Notes under the pieces: model-generated | What the model was told of the DNA's origin: nothing | What the model saw: the letters and a program-made list of their open reading frames with translations, nothing else | The model's database searches: none | Translations under genes and position numbers: made by a program | NCBI RefSeq assembly: GCF_009914755.1 | Contig: NC_060933.1 | Origin: the human T2T-CHM13v2.0 reference genome, Homo sapiens | DNA length: 64,000 nucleotides | Reading direction: 5' to 3' (one strand) | In this document: positions 28,386-40,492 of the stretch, in pieces | How positions within the stretch are numbered: the stretch's first letter is position 1 | How the letters are laid out: every line of letters starts with the position of its first letter

Positions 28386-29454
28386 AATAAAACATGGGCT
28401 TGGGCCTCAACGGTGATTCTTAAAACATCCCTCTAGAACAAAATTATTATATTCTAAAAAGTAAAAAACGGGGCTCAGAAAGCTTGGGCAACTTGCCTGA
28501 TGTCACACAGCTTGTAAGCAATTGGGTGGGATTCCATTTTTTATTCCAAACTCATTTTCTTAGCCTCGCTCACCATCTTTATCAGAAGGGGTAAATGACA
28601 ACACGGGGATCCTATACCATGATCCTATATCATAAGGATCAATTAGGAAGTAAATCATCATGGATACAGTCCTTATAGCTTTATACTCACTTTTATTTTA
28701 AGGTATTGGCAATATATACCCCCCAAACATGCTTCTCTTAAATCAGCATGCGTTTACTGTTAGAATTTCTTGAATAATAGTATCCCAGCAAACCGTCTTT
28801 CCCTAAAAAAGGCCCAGTGCTTTCTGATATTCTCCTGAGCAAGAGTAAAAGCCAAAGAACATATATATTGTGTGCTTTTTAATTCTTGGCACACAATATA
28901 TAATAAGCACATGCCTTATTGTGCACTTTAAGAATGTATGGATTCCTCTCTTTTATATAATTGCTTTCTACACGCTTTTTTGTTGTTGTTGAGAAACCGC
29001 TATTAGGGGTCAAGGCAAGAGGTAGGTGTGTTAAATCACATGGTTGCTACTGAGGGCTTTTAGGCTGAGACCACTTGTCCAGCCTGCATAGACAAGATCT
29101 TCTAGGTACGAACGTGAGCTCAGCAGCATGATTAAGGCTTCTCTTGACTACCGAGAAGTAAATTTTATCCGGAAACACGACATTTTCATCAGATGTTCAC
29201 CAGTCTTTGCCCCGCAGCTCTTTGTCCCTGGGCATGTGTTCAGCCAGACTCGGGCAGCTGTGACTCTCAGACAGGCAGTTCTTTTCCTCTGGGAGCTCCC
29301 CGGGGCTCAGGGCAGGTTGCTGGAATACCAGTGAGGGGGGAATCCTGCTGTGGTCACAGGCCCAGTGGCTCTTGCCTGGGAGGCTGACGGTATGCTCCCC
29401 CTTTCCTGGTCCTTTCTGCATTCTCCCAACTTTGGTTAGAAATAACTTAGCTCA

Positions 29455-29760
29455 GGCTGGGCGCAGTGGCTCATGCCTGTAATCCCAGCACTTTGGGAGG
29501 CTGAGGCGGGTGGACACGAGGTCAGGAGTTCAAGACCAGCCTGGCCAAACTGGTGAAACCCTATCTCTACTAAAAATACAAAAATTAGATGCTGGGCATG
29601 GTGGTGGGTGCCTGTAATCCCGGCTACTCGGGAGGCTGAGGCAGGAGAATCACTTCAACCTGGGAGGTGGAGGTTGCAGTGAGCTGAGACAGAGCCACTG
29701 CACTCCAGCCTGGGTGACAGAGCAAGACTCCATCTCGGGGCGGGGGGTGGGGGGGGTGGG
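29455..29760 (+). mobile_element. Alu (AluS-like) with G-rich tail
   Basis: ggctgggcgcagtggctcatg...gactccatctc followed by G runs instead of poly(A). Confidence 0.93.
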
Positions 29761-31009
29761 AAAAGGAATGACTCAACTTATCCTTTCTGCCCCTCGATCC
29801 CTGACTCTGTCATCTCCCTCACCACCATCCCTGCCTCACCTTTTCGGGTTCAGGGAGAACTGGCAGCTTTAAACTTCTCCCCAGGGTCCCCAGATGCCCA
29901 GTCACCAAGTTCCTCCACTAGATCTGCTGCACTTAGTCTTCCCTGTGGGGCTCCGTGCCTCTCCAGCAGAGGAGTAACCCACTGGAGTTCTCTCTTCTAA
30001 GATGTCTCCAACCCAAGGGTAATAAACAACTCGAGGGTAATAAACAACTTGGGCTGGCAGCACAGATTAGGAGAGGGGGTGTCAGATCACTAAGCTCTGA
30101 TCTTGATCCTCTGCTGTGAATGCGAAGCGCACCATTTCCAAATACAGAGTCCTACTGCATCCCCATTGGATTTCAGAGCAAAAGTGACAGTGGAATGTGG
30201 GACTGTAAAAACTCCCACACCAGTAAGTAGACCTCCTTTGCTCTCTGGATGAGGAAAGATACTAGGAGTCGCCATCACAATCAGATGCGGCAACAGTGCA
30301 TCTCAAACAGCTGACACACTTCAGGCAATGCCAATAATAATTCTCTACTCAAGACAGCCAAGAACCAGAGCTGCTCATAAAAAGCTTGGAATCAGTGGAT
30401 GTCACTTAAAAAAAGAAAAAAACCAATGTTGTATTATATGTGGACCAGTCAGTTCTCAGACAGATGCTAACCTTTGCTTTTAAAAATCTCCCAGCCCGGG
30501 GTAGGACCAAGGCCAAGGGGATTAAATCTAAGAAAATGGACCTTTATCCTTAACCTTTAGTTTTTAACTTCAGCCAAACATTTCTGTCATTTAGAAAGTG
30601 TGATTAACTTTCAGATAAGTGTTTTTGTTTCTTCAGCAAAGAACACATTTAGTTTCTCAACCAGTATCAGCAGCAATGAGAAATGCCTCAAAAATAATTA
30701 TTTGGCTTCCATTTCAGGAGTGGCTGGTGGCAGAATCATGCCAGGTTCAATAGGTCAATACCCCAGGAACCCCCACCAAGGACAGGAAATATTGGGATAG
30801 GAGAGCAGCTTGGAAGTTGGACAGAACCAGGCTGATGGCTGAAATTTAGAAAGAATCCTGGGGCTGTCTGGCTTTATGTGGGTAAAAGTGCATGTATGGA
30901 TTCCTCTCTCTTATGTAATTGCTTTTTATATCAGCAAAGAAAAGAAAGAGAAATATATAGTTATACTGCCTTTTATCATTACTTACATAATTACCTTAGC
31001 TGGAACTGG

Positions 31010-31317
31010 TTTGTTGTTGTTGTTTTTGTTTTTTTGAGACAGGGTCTCGCTTTGTTGCCCAGGTTGGAGTGGAGTGGTGTAATCTCAGGTCACTGCAACC
31101 TCAGCCTCCTGGGCTCAAGTCATTGCCCTACCTCAGCCTCCAGAACAGCTGGGACTATAGGTCCTTGCCACCAAGTCCGGCTAATTTTTATATGTTTTGT
31201 AGAGATGGGGTCTTGCCATGTTGTCCAAGCTGGTCTTGAACTCCTGGCCTCAGGCAATCCACCCACCTCAGGCTCCCAAATTCCTGGGATTACAGGCATG
31301 AGCCACCATGCCCGGCC
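31010..31317 (-). mobile_element. Alu (AluJ-like)
   Basis: antisense Alu ending ccatgcccggcc. Confidence 0.93.
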
Positions 31318-31350
31318 ATGTGTGTATGTGAGAGTGTGTGTATATATATG

Positions 31351-31391
<41 letters not shown>

Positions 31392-31407
31392 ATGTGTGTG
31401 TGTGTGT
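31318..31407. repeat. (TG)n microsatellite, interrupted
   Basis: visible repeat. Confidence 0.95.
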
Positions 31408-31559
31408 TTAAATGTGGATTTGAATTACCTTTTAGCGTCACTAACTTTTAACGTGAAGACCATCTTTAAGTATTTCTTTTTAAGATGGGCTTCTAGCCAC
31501 AAAGTCCATTTTTTTCTTTCTTAATCTAGGGATATTCTTATTTCTATTTCATTTTTAAA

Positions 31560-32645
31560 AACATTTTTTTTGAGATACAATTCCCATACCACACAATTCA
31601 TCCATTCAAAACACACAAGTCAATGGTTTTTAGAATATCCAACGAGTCATGCCACCATCATTATGATCAATGTTAGAACATTTTAATCACCCCTCCAGAA
31701 AACCGCCGTACCTATTAGGATTCTATGGGTTGAATTACATCCCTGCTAAAAGATATGTTGAAATCTGAATCCCCAGTACTGGTGAATGTGACCTTATTTG
31801 GAAATAGGATCTTTTCAGATGTAATCAAGTTAAGATGAGGTCACTTGGGTAGGCCTTATTCTAATACAAGCAGTGTTTTTTTAAGAAGAGGGAAACTTGG
31901 ACATGGACACACAGAGAGGAGAATGCCGTGTGAAGCCAGACACAGACACAGAGGGAAGATGGAGGCAGAGATTGGGGGTTACATGGCCACAAGCCAGGAA
32001 ACTCCTGGGATGCCAGAAGTTGAAAGAGGGAGGGAAGAAGCCTCTCCTATAGGCTTTGGAGGGAGGATGGCTCTGCCAACACCTTGATTTTGGACTTCTA
32101 GCTTCCAGAACTATGAAAGAATACATTTCTGTTGTTTTAAGCCACCTAATTTGTGGTACTGTGTGATAGCAGCCAGATACTCCCCATTTACTCCCCCTTT
32201 TCCTAGCCCTGGGCAGCCAATAAGACAACCTCTGTCTCTATGAATTTGCCTATTCTGGATGTTTTCTATGTCGGACACCACACAATATGGAATCCATTGG
32301 GATTGGCTTCTTTCCCTTAGCTTAATGTTTTCCAGGTTCCTCCCTGCTGTAGGGCATGTACTTCATCTCTTTTTATTGCCAAATAATATTCCATTGTAGG
32401 AAAATACCACATTTATTTATCTCCTCCTTCGTTGAGGCCATTTGGACTTTTTTACACTTTTTGGCTATGAGCATTCATATACAAGTTTTTGTGCGGCTGT
32501 GTGTTTTCATTTCTTTTGGGTATACGCCTAGGAGTAGAATTGCTGCGTAATTCTATGTTGAAGTTTTTGAAAGGACTGACAAACTATTCTAAAGCAGTTG
32601 CCCCATTTTTTATTCCCACCATCACCAATGTATGAGAGTTGCCTT
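31560..32645 (-). mobile_element. L1MB-type 3' end interrupted by an MLT1 LTR
   Basis: ttgagatacaattcccatacc..., tctgtctctatgaatttgcctattctgga..., ctaggagtagaattgctg. Confidence 0.75.
31721..32180 (+). mobile_element. MaLR LTR (MLT1B/C-like)
   Basis: tatgggttgaatt...gaatgtgaccttatttggaaatagg...ttttaagccacc. Confidence 0.85.
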
Positions 32646-32686
32646 CATTTTCAAAACATAGCTTTCTACCTTTGCTTGATATAGGA

Positions 32687-32918
32687 TTTTTTTTTTGAGG
32701 CCTCAGCCTTCTAAGCTCAAGCAATCCTCCCACCTCAGCCTCCCAAGTAGGTGGGAACACGGGTGCATGCCACCACACCAGGCCAATTGTTAAAATGTTT
32801 TATACAGACGGGGTCTTGCCGTGTTGCCCAGGCTGGTCTTGACCTCCTGGGCTCAAGCAGTCCTCCCACCTTGGCCTCCCAAAATGCTGAGATTACAGGC
32901 ATGTGCCACCAGGCTGGG
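32687..32918 (-). mobile_element. Alu (AluJ-like), partial
   Basis: gctcaagcaatcctcccacctcagcc...gattacaggcatg. Confidence 0.88.
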
Positions 32919-34017
32919 TAATATAAGATTGTTGATTGACTTTTTTCATTGCCTCTGGCTTCTATTTTTCCAGTGGGAATTCTGCTATTAATTTGATCAG
33001 GGTTCCCTTGTGCATAATGAGTAGTTTATCTCTTGCCTCTTTCAAGATTTCTCTTTCACTTTGACTTTCAACAGTTCGACTATAATGTGTCTGGGTGAAT
33101 GCATATGGCTTTCTTTGCATTGATCCCACTTAGATTTCATGGAGGTCCTTGGATGCTTCGATTAGTGTTTTTCATCAAATCTGGCAGGTTTTCAGCCATT
33201 ATGACAGAATATTTTTTTCTATTCCTTTCTCTGGTCTTGTCCTGCATTCCATATGCAAATATTGGGGTGCTAAATGGTGCCCCATGTTGATCTGAGACCC
33301 TGCTTCCTTTTCTTTCTTCTTTCTGTTCTTTAGAATGCATAATCTCTCGTTATCTCTCTTTAAGTTCACACCGATTTTTTCCTCTGTTAGCTCAAATCTA
33401 CTACGGAGCCTTTCTAGCAAGTTTTTAAGTTCAGGGTTGTACACTTCAACTTCAAAATTTCCATTTGGTTCATTTTTATAATTTCTATTTCTATGTATTC
33501 AGTCATTGTTGTCATTCTGTTGCTTAATTCTTTAAACATGGTTTTCTTTAGTTCTTTGAATATATTCATAATAGCTGCTTTGAAGTTTTTGTTTGCAAAG
33601 TTCAACCTCTGGGGCCTTCCAAGCCTGTTTTTTGTTTGTTTGTTTGTTTGTTTGTTTCCCTTTCCTGTGCATAGGTCACACTTTGTTATTTGTTTGCATG
33701 ACTTAGAGCTTTCTTTTGAGAGCTGGACACTTTAGATAATACATGGTAGCAACTCTGTGTACTGATCCTTCCCTCCCTCTTCTCCCTCCCGTCTGAGTTT
33801 GTTGTTTGGTCATTTGTTTGTTCGTTTAGGGACTCTGTGTGACTAACTCTGTGATGTCTATTTTCCCGACCACATGGAGCCTCTGAAGTCTCTGCTTGGG
33901 TGTTTCTCCCCTTCACTTCCTAGAGGCTGGCCCCTGAGTCAGCATAAACCACTTTTTGGTCAAAGGTTGTGCTTAAGCCCTCTCAGCCAGTTAGGGTTTT
34001 TTTGCCTTTTACCACTC

Positions 34018-34019
<2 letters not shown>

Positions 34020-34055
<36 letters not shown>
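34020..34055. repeat. (TG)~18 microsatellite
   Basis: visible repeat. Confidence 0.95.
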
Positions 34056-34057
<2 letters not shown>

Positions 34058-34668
34058 TTGGAGACTGCTTTCACATTTCAGGGAGTTTACAGTTTTGCTC
34101 CATGTTCAGCCAGGGACTAGTAGCTCAGAGTTACTAGTTAAAGAGCGTCTCTTTCTGGGCACTCCTGAGGGGGTGCAGAGTGGGGCAGGTGCCCAGCTGT
34201 TCAGATCACCAGGATGAGTGTAATTTTTTAAAGTCCGGATTCCTAGGAGTCACCTCTGGGTCAGAGTAGCTTGCTGAGCTGGGGTTTTGCTCTGAGGTCA
34301 TGCTTATGCCCTTTGAGTCTTCTCCCAAAGTCTTCCAATAAATCTACATGTTACTGATAGATCTATGTGGCTTGGAGAATGCTTTCCAGTCTAACCCATG
34401 ACCCTCTCTGATTGTTCCTGAGTGAATACAGCCTTGTGTACACCACGCTTCTGGAGCCCTTGGGGTGAACATCATCTCAGGAAGGGTATTCTGGGCTGTC
34501 TCTTTCCAATCTGCCATGTTGCATGTGGCTACTAGATTCATGGAGCTACCAGCCCCCACCCCTTAATTGCTCACCACCAACATGTCTACTGTGAATGAAC
34601 TTAGGCAAGAAATGCTTCATGCTGCTTTCCAATAAAGTTACTCCTCTGGCAGAACTGCGGAGCTCTCC

Positions 34669-34703
34669 TTTTTTTTTTTTTTTTAAGACTAGTCAAGTGC
34701 AAT
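34669..34703 (-). pseudogene. Micro-retrocopy of the Y1 RNA (RNY1) 3' end with poly(A)16 and 10-bp TSD
   Basis: Minus strand attgcacttgactagtctt + A16, bounded by ggagctctcc at 34659-34668 and 34704-34713; hY1 ends ...ctactgcacttgactagtcttt as I recall it. Confidence 0.75.
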
Positions 34704-35584
34704 GGAGCTCTCCATTCCCATTCTTCTGACAACCTGCATCTCCCTTTAGATAGAACACCCATGCCACTACACCAGAGCTGGGAGCAGGGACAGTGGCCCA
34801 CTTCTGCAGTGAAACTTATGCTCTACAAGTGGGTACTGTGTGTTAGGGTGGGGGAGGGAAAAAGTTGATAGTACTTGGTTTTCTTTTCTTGCCCCCTCTT
34901 GGCATAAAATTTTCATCCATTAAAGCACACTCAGGGGCCCCAGATTTGTCTTGACCTATCTATGTCTGAATCAAAGCCCTTGACCCACAAGTAAGCTCTA
35001 AGTGGGGAAAAGATCTTCTCAGCCACACTTGCCTAAAATAGCACTTCCACAACTCAGGGCTAGAGGGTATGAGATACACTGGCAGCGTGCCCCTCTCAGA
35101 GGGGTCCTAGACTAGGAGCTGGGGAGTGGAGAGAAGCAGCCCCCATCTTCTTGGCCACATCTTCCTGGATAGAGCTTCTATCACATGGACATGGGGGCAG
35201 GGGCATGAGAATGAGTCATGGCTCAAATGCTACCAACTCTTAATGCTCTTACTGGCATATAGTAGATTTTCTTGAATAAATGTTTTTCCATTTGCTGTAT
35301 GCTTTTAGGACAATTTCTAGAGGCTTCGAATAGTTGTTTATAATTTTTACCAGTTAAATGGCTGTTTCACTGGAGAGAGGGTCTACCAAAACCCTCACAC
35401 TGCCATTCTGAAGGTCTGAAATCTTTCCTTTTAATCAGACATACACAGGTCGATCTAATTCTCTTTTTGGTCACTGTCTAAAACATCCTTCAAGATCTGA
35501 AGTGGCCATCCTGTCCCTTGTGTTGTGTTTGCTATATAGAGTAGACATTTCTAATATTTATTAATATTTCAAGACTTTCTCTCT

Positions 35585-35935
35585 TTCCAGGAATGTGGGA
35601 CTATTATCTTCCCCTGTGCTTCTTGAAGTTGGTGTGACTGTGATCTGATTTGGTCGACATAATGTGAGAAGTCTGTCACTTCCAAGCAGCATCATTTAAT
35701 TGCTGCTGCGTGCTTCTCTATCTTCTCTTCTCTGTTGCAACAAATCCTGGAGCCTTGTGACGATCATAAAATGGGAACATCTTTGTTATCCCAGGTCCTG
35801 CACGGTAACTGTGTGAAGCACAGCCCTCACCCCTCTGGCTGGACATGTTGCGTGAGCAAGAAATAAATCTTAGTTGTTCTAGGTCACTGAGACTTGAGTA
35901 TTGCTTGCTTCTCCAGCATATCCTAGCCCATCTCA
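35585..35935 (+). mobile_element. Old MaLR LTR (MLT1I/J-like)
   Basis: gtgagcaagaaataaatctt...cactgagactt...cagcatatcctagcccat. Confidence 0.6.
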
Positions 35936-36420
35936 ACCATTAAGAATGCTGTTCTTAAAACTCTCAACACATGCAGCACATTTTTGTGAATTTCAGCAGC
36001 CCTTAGCTAAAGTCAGTTTCATCTTTTGATGTGTGTATAAGATCTACATTCCTTAGCACGTCCACAAGGTGCTGCATGATTTGTACCCTGCCAACCTGTT
36101 AGTCTCAGGTCCCTGTAGGATGCTTTACCTCCTCATTTCCTCTTTTATAATATAGAGCTGCATGAGGCTCTCACCCCCATAAGTACTATCAGTTCCCTCT
36201 CTTCCTTCTTATGAGACCTATCATTCATCCATCCAGACTTAGCATGTGCCCTATCTTAGGGACAAGGAAAGCTGGGAGAGGAGGGTGGGGTGAAGAGAGA
36301 GAATAAATGAAGTATTGCATTCATATATAAATTGTTTTGCAAGAGGGAGGGCCCAGAATTAGTCCTAGGATAAACTGTGTTAAAAAAAAAAAAAAAAAAA
36401 AAGAACTTTCCAGACAAATT

Positions 36421-36485
36421 AATGTAAGAATCAATTGTAGTTTTATACACTACTGTTATTGTTTGTGTCACCCTAAAATTAATTA
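36421..36485 (+). repeat. Templated insertion: copy of 39609-39666 flanked by 9-bp direct repeat agacaaatt
   Basis: Identical to 39609-39666 except a 4-bp ttgt indel. Confidence 0.9.
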
Positions 36486-37676
36486 AGACAAATTGCTTAC
36501 AAGCACATATCAAAGTTTTATACTCTCTGCAAGAAAAGACTGACAACCAAAAAAAAAAAAAAGTCTGGTTAAAGATTATGATTAATCAGTCAGTTGGGTG
36601 GACAACCCTAACTTCCCAGAAGTTCTTAATCATATAGGAGTATCAAAAAATCGCCCAAGCATTTAATCAGGAATGTGAATTACTTCCCAGAAAGAGACTG
36701 TGCATTACATCATACAGAAAGCTCTGCTGCAGACCAGGTTTGGACAATTTTTCTTTCACAGAAGGCTATAAAGAGACAGTCTTGGCATGGTTGGTTCTGG
36801 TTCACTCATCAGTTTTCAGCATTCCTGGGTTTTGTTTTCACTCATTCAAACCTGTATTGAATACCTATCAGGTGACTAGATGCTGATGTTGTAAAGATAA
36901 AAAGAAAGCCTCTGCTCCTTTGGGAATGATGGACACGTGCATACATAATTTTGTAAAAAAGCAAAACTGTACCTTGGTATGTTTGGAAGGCCGTATGAGT
37001 GATGCTGAGGAAGCAGATCTGCTTGGACTCATAGTGACATCAGGGAAAAGGAGGAGTACAGAATATGCTTAAAGATGAAATACTTCTGTTTTGGACAGCA
37101 AGGAGTTATCAGGGCATCCAGTAACCTCCCCATCCTCTGGAGGCGGAGAATGCTCACGGGTACAGAATAGTCATGGCATGTTCAGGATGTTCACTGAACC
37201 TCTGGGTGGGGAGGACTGGGGTGGAGAGACAGTGGCCTGTGGGGCTAAGAAATCTGGATGGAGTCCTCAGGACATGGGCTGACACCAGGTCATACCAGGA
37301 AAAGCAGCACCCATCAGGTGCTTTGGAGAGTATCTCCAATTAGAAAACAATAGGAAGAGAAGAATAGGAGGCTGGAAGATAAATAAAGGTGACTATAACA
37401 GCACAGGTGAGAAATGATCAGGCTCTGATCCAATCCAGTAGCAATGTGAACCATGGTGACGGTAGAATACTCTGTCATGGATTCAGTCAACATCTGTTTC
37501 CTTTCAAAGAGCTTATAGCAGATTGGGGTATTAACATATCCACAAACACAACTAATTTATAACACAGAAAGTGGTGAATGCCTATGAAAGCTATAGCTAA
37601 AGTGCTACAGAGGATTAGAAAGTACATTAGAATACTATAATTGGAGAGATCAGGAAAGGTTTCAAAGAGAAGGTCA

Positions 37677-38051
37677 CTGTTCTCACATAACTATGAAGAA
37701 CTACATGAGACTGGGTAATTTGTAAAGAAAAGAGGTTGAATTGACTCATAATTCCACAGGCTGTACAAGAAGCATGGCTGGGAGGCTTCAGGAGACTTAC
37801 AATCATGGCAGAAAGAGAAGGGGAAGCAAGCACGTTTTACCATGGCAGCAGGAGAGAAAGAGAGAGCCAAGGGAGAAGTGCCACACACTTTTAAACCATC
37901 AGATCTCAGGAGAATTCACTCACTTTCACAAGAACAGCAAGGGGGAAATCTGCCCCCATGATCCAGTCACCTCCCACCAGGTCCCTCCCCAACATTGGGA
38001 GTTACAATTCAATATGAGATTTGGGTGGGGACACAGAGTCAAACCATATCA
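37677..38051 (-). mobile_element. MaLR LTR (MSTA-like)
   Basis: gagactgggtaatttgtaaagaaaagagg...gggacacagagtcaaaccatatca. Confidence 0.88.
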
Positions 38052-38059
38052 ATCACCTT

Positions 38060-38820
38060 TGACATGAGTTAAGAGAGCAATAGGATGAATGCTGAGATGG
38101 GTTGGGCGTTCAAAACTGGAGGGATGGATAAGCAAAGATCTGGGAGTAAGAATGTGAAGGGACAATACTGGAAGGTATTAGGTTCAGCCCTACCAGGAAA
38201 TTACATGGAAAAGAAACGCTGGGGCCAATTAAGGAGAACTTTGCATGCTATGGAATCTGGGCTCAATTTTAAAAGTAATGTGGAGCTATTGAGGTTGTAT
38301 GGGCAGGGGAGTGATGAGATCAGGACAGTGCTTGAAGGTTGGTCTTGCAACAAATTAACATTGAAGAAACTGATGAATAGGGGCCTCCCTAAAATCTGGG
38401 CACTTTATGTGGGTGGACAGCCCAAGAATGCAGGGGCTGGGAAGTGTGAGCAAATTTGAGAGGGGCAACATGACCCATTAAAGACTGGATAAAGGAAGCA
38501 TGGGAGAGGAAGGTACCAACATTAAATAAACTTGAAAGACTGATAAGAAAGATAACAGCATCATTATGAGAAGGTGAAAATCACAGAGGAAGAGCAATCT
38601 GAGCAGGGACAGTGGGTGAGGAGCTTGCTACACGTGTTTGGGGTGCCTGTGATACGTTTTACGGGAGATATTCAGAAGGGTAGTTGAGAACGCAGGAGAA
38701 AAGTTAGTGCTAGGCCTGAGACTGGAAAGCAATCATCAAAGTCACTCACTACAGTCATGCAGGAGTCAGGATGAACTATCCACACAGTCTATGCATAATA
38801 CCACACCTGGTGTTTAAGGA
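38060..38820 (-). mobile_element. L2 fragments
   Basis: purine-rich degenerate L2 motifs (gcaggggagtgatgagatcag). Confidence 0.45.
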
Positions 38821-39641
38821 CTTGTAAAGGTCATAAAAAGCTGTTTGTTTGTCCTCAAATATAAGGGGAGCAGAAGGTACACACCCAGAACATTATTATG
38901 AGCAGGTATAAACAAATATACAAAAGATAAAATATGTATTAACTGCATCAGTAAGTAAGAAGCAGCCTATTGGGGTTGTTTGGAGTCTGTTTCCCCATGG
39001 AATCACCACATTAATAACAATATTACTATAGGCTAATTCTCTTGGAGTTATATTTGTCTTTTTCTGAAATTTGACAAAGTGCTGAATCTGGCAGTGCTTG
39101 TCCAAGTAAAACCAACTCCATACAGCTTTACACCAGCTCTGTCACTAAGCCCCCAAAATGATTTAGAGATAAAATACCCTTGGAAATCTGTGCACTAGGA
39201 CTTCTGATAAAGTGTCATACTTTGGAAAATGGACGACAGCATATCAGCACTTTCTTTGCTAAGATGTTTTAACATGTCATCAGGGGAAGGTGTATTAAGC
39301 GGAACCATGATGCTATCACTTTCAAAAAACTCCTCTCTGTTCCCTGAATCTTTCATGGCATGGACTCAATGATATGATGGAAAACTGCATTTCTGAGCCC
39401 TCATCTTCCAAAAAGAAATGTCCTGGAGGTTCTAGCCAGGACAATTAGGCAATAAAAAGAAATAAAAGGCATCCAGAGAAAAAGGGAAGAATTAAAATGA
39501 TCTCTATCTGCAGAATTTGTGGTCCAGCATATAGAAAATCCTAAGAAATACATTTTTGAAATATTAGAGCTAATAAATAAGCTCAGCAAAGACACAGGAT
39601 ACAAGATCAATGTAAGAATCAATTGTAGTTTTATACACTAC

Positions 39642-39801
39642 TGTTATTGTGTCACCCTAAAATTAAAATGTTGAAGCCCTAAGCCCTAATGTGATGCTTT
39701 TGGAGGTAAGCCTTCGAGAGGCAGTTAGGTTTAGATGAAGTCATGAGAGTGGTGCCGTCACGATGGGATTAGTTTCCTTATAAGAGGAAGAGACATGACA
39801 T

Positions 39802-39840
<39 letters not shown>

Positions 39841-40031
39841 CAAGCCCACACACAAAGAAGAGGTCATGTGAACCATCTGCAAGCCAGGAAGAGGGCCCTC
39901 ACTAAGAACAGAATCTTCTGGTAACTTGATCTTGGACTTCCCAGCCTCCAGAACTGTGAAAAATAAATGTCTGTTGTATAAGTCACCCAGTTAATGGCAT
40001 TTTGCTATAGCAGCCTGAACTGACTAAAACA
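39642..40031 (+). mobile_element. MaLR LTR (MLT1A-like) with internal (CT)n
   Basis: tg...ttgatcttggacttcccagcctccagaactgtg...tgactaaaaca; 5-bp flanks actac/actag. Confidence 0.85.
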
Positions 40032-40189
40032 ACTAGTAATCAACATTCCAAAAATGAAATTAAGAAAACAATTCCATTTAGAACAGCATCAAAGAGGAAT
40101 AAAATACTTGGGAATAAACTTAACACAAAAGAAGTACAAAACTTGTACAATGAAAACTACAAACAATTGTTGGAAGAAATTAAAGAAGA

Positions 40190-40492
40190 CTGTGCATGAG
40201 CACAATTGCTCATGCCTGTAATCCCAATACTTTGGGAGGCTAAGGCAGGCAGATGGCTTGAGCTCAGAACTTCAAGACCAGCCTGGGCAACATGGAAAAA
40301 ACCCATCTCTACAAAAAATACAAAAATTAGCTGGGTGTGGTGGTGTGCCCCTGTAGTCCCAGCTACTTGGGAGGCTAAAGTGGGAGGATGGTTTAATCCA
40401 GGAGGTGAAGGTTGCAGTGAATCAAGATCATGCCACTGCACTCAAGCCTGAGTGACAGAGCCTGACCCTGTCTCAAAACAAATACAAAAACA
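40190..40492 (+). mobile_element. Alu (AluJ-like), TSD gaaattaaagaaga
   Basis: Alu dimer within L1 ORF2; duplication on both sides. Confidence 0.92.

Larger units (their letters stand above)
32930..35410 (-). mobile_element. Old L1M 5' region (ORF1 and 5' UTR), degenerate
   Basis: Minus-strand ORF1-like peptides (IMAENLPDLMKNTNRSIQ; NFKAAIMNIFKELK); gtagattttcttgaataaatg 5'-end motif. Confidence 0.65.

Noticed and set aside
36382-36402. Orphan A21 tract (also T18 near 21596 and G13 at 25919-25931) as retroposition remnants
   Set aside because: No flanking TSD or attached body; treated as simple homopolymers.
39305-39400. Possible C/D-box snoRNA (atgatg...ctga)
   Set aside because: No complete RUGAUGA box or terminal stem.
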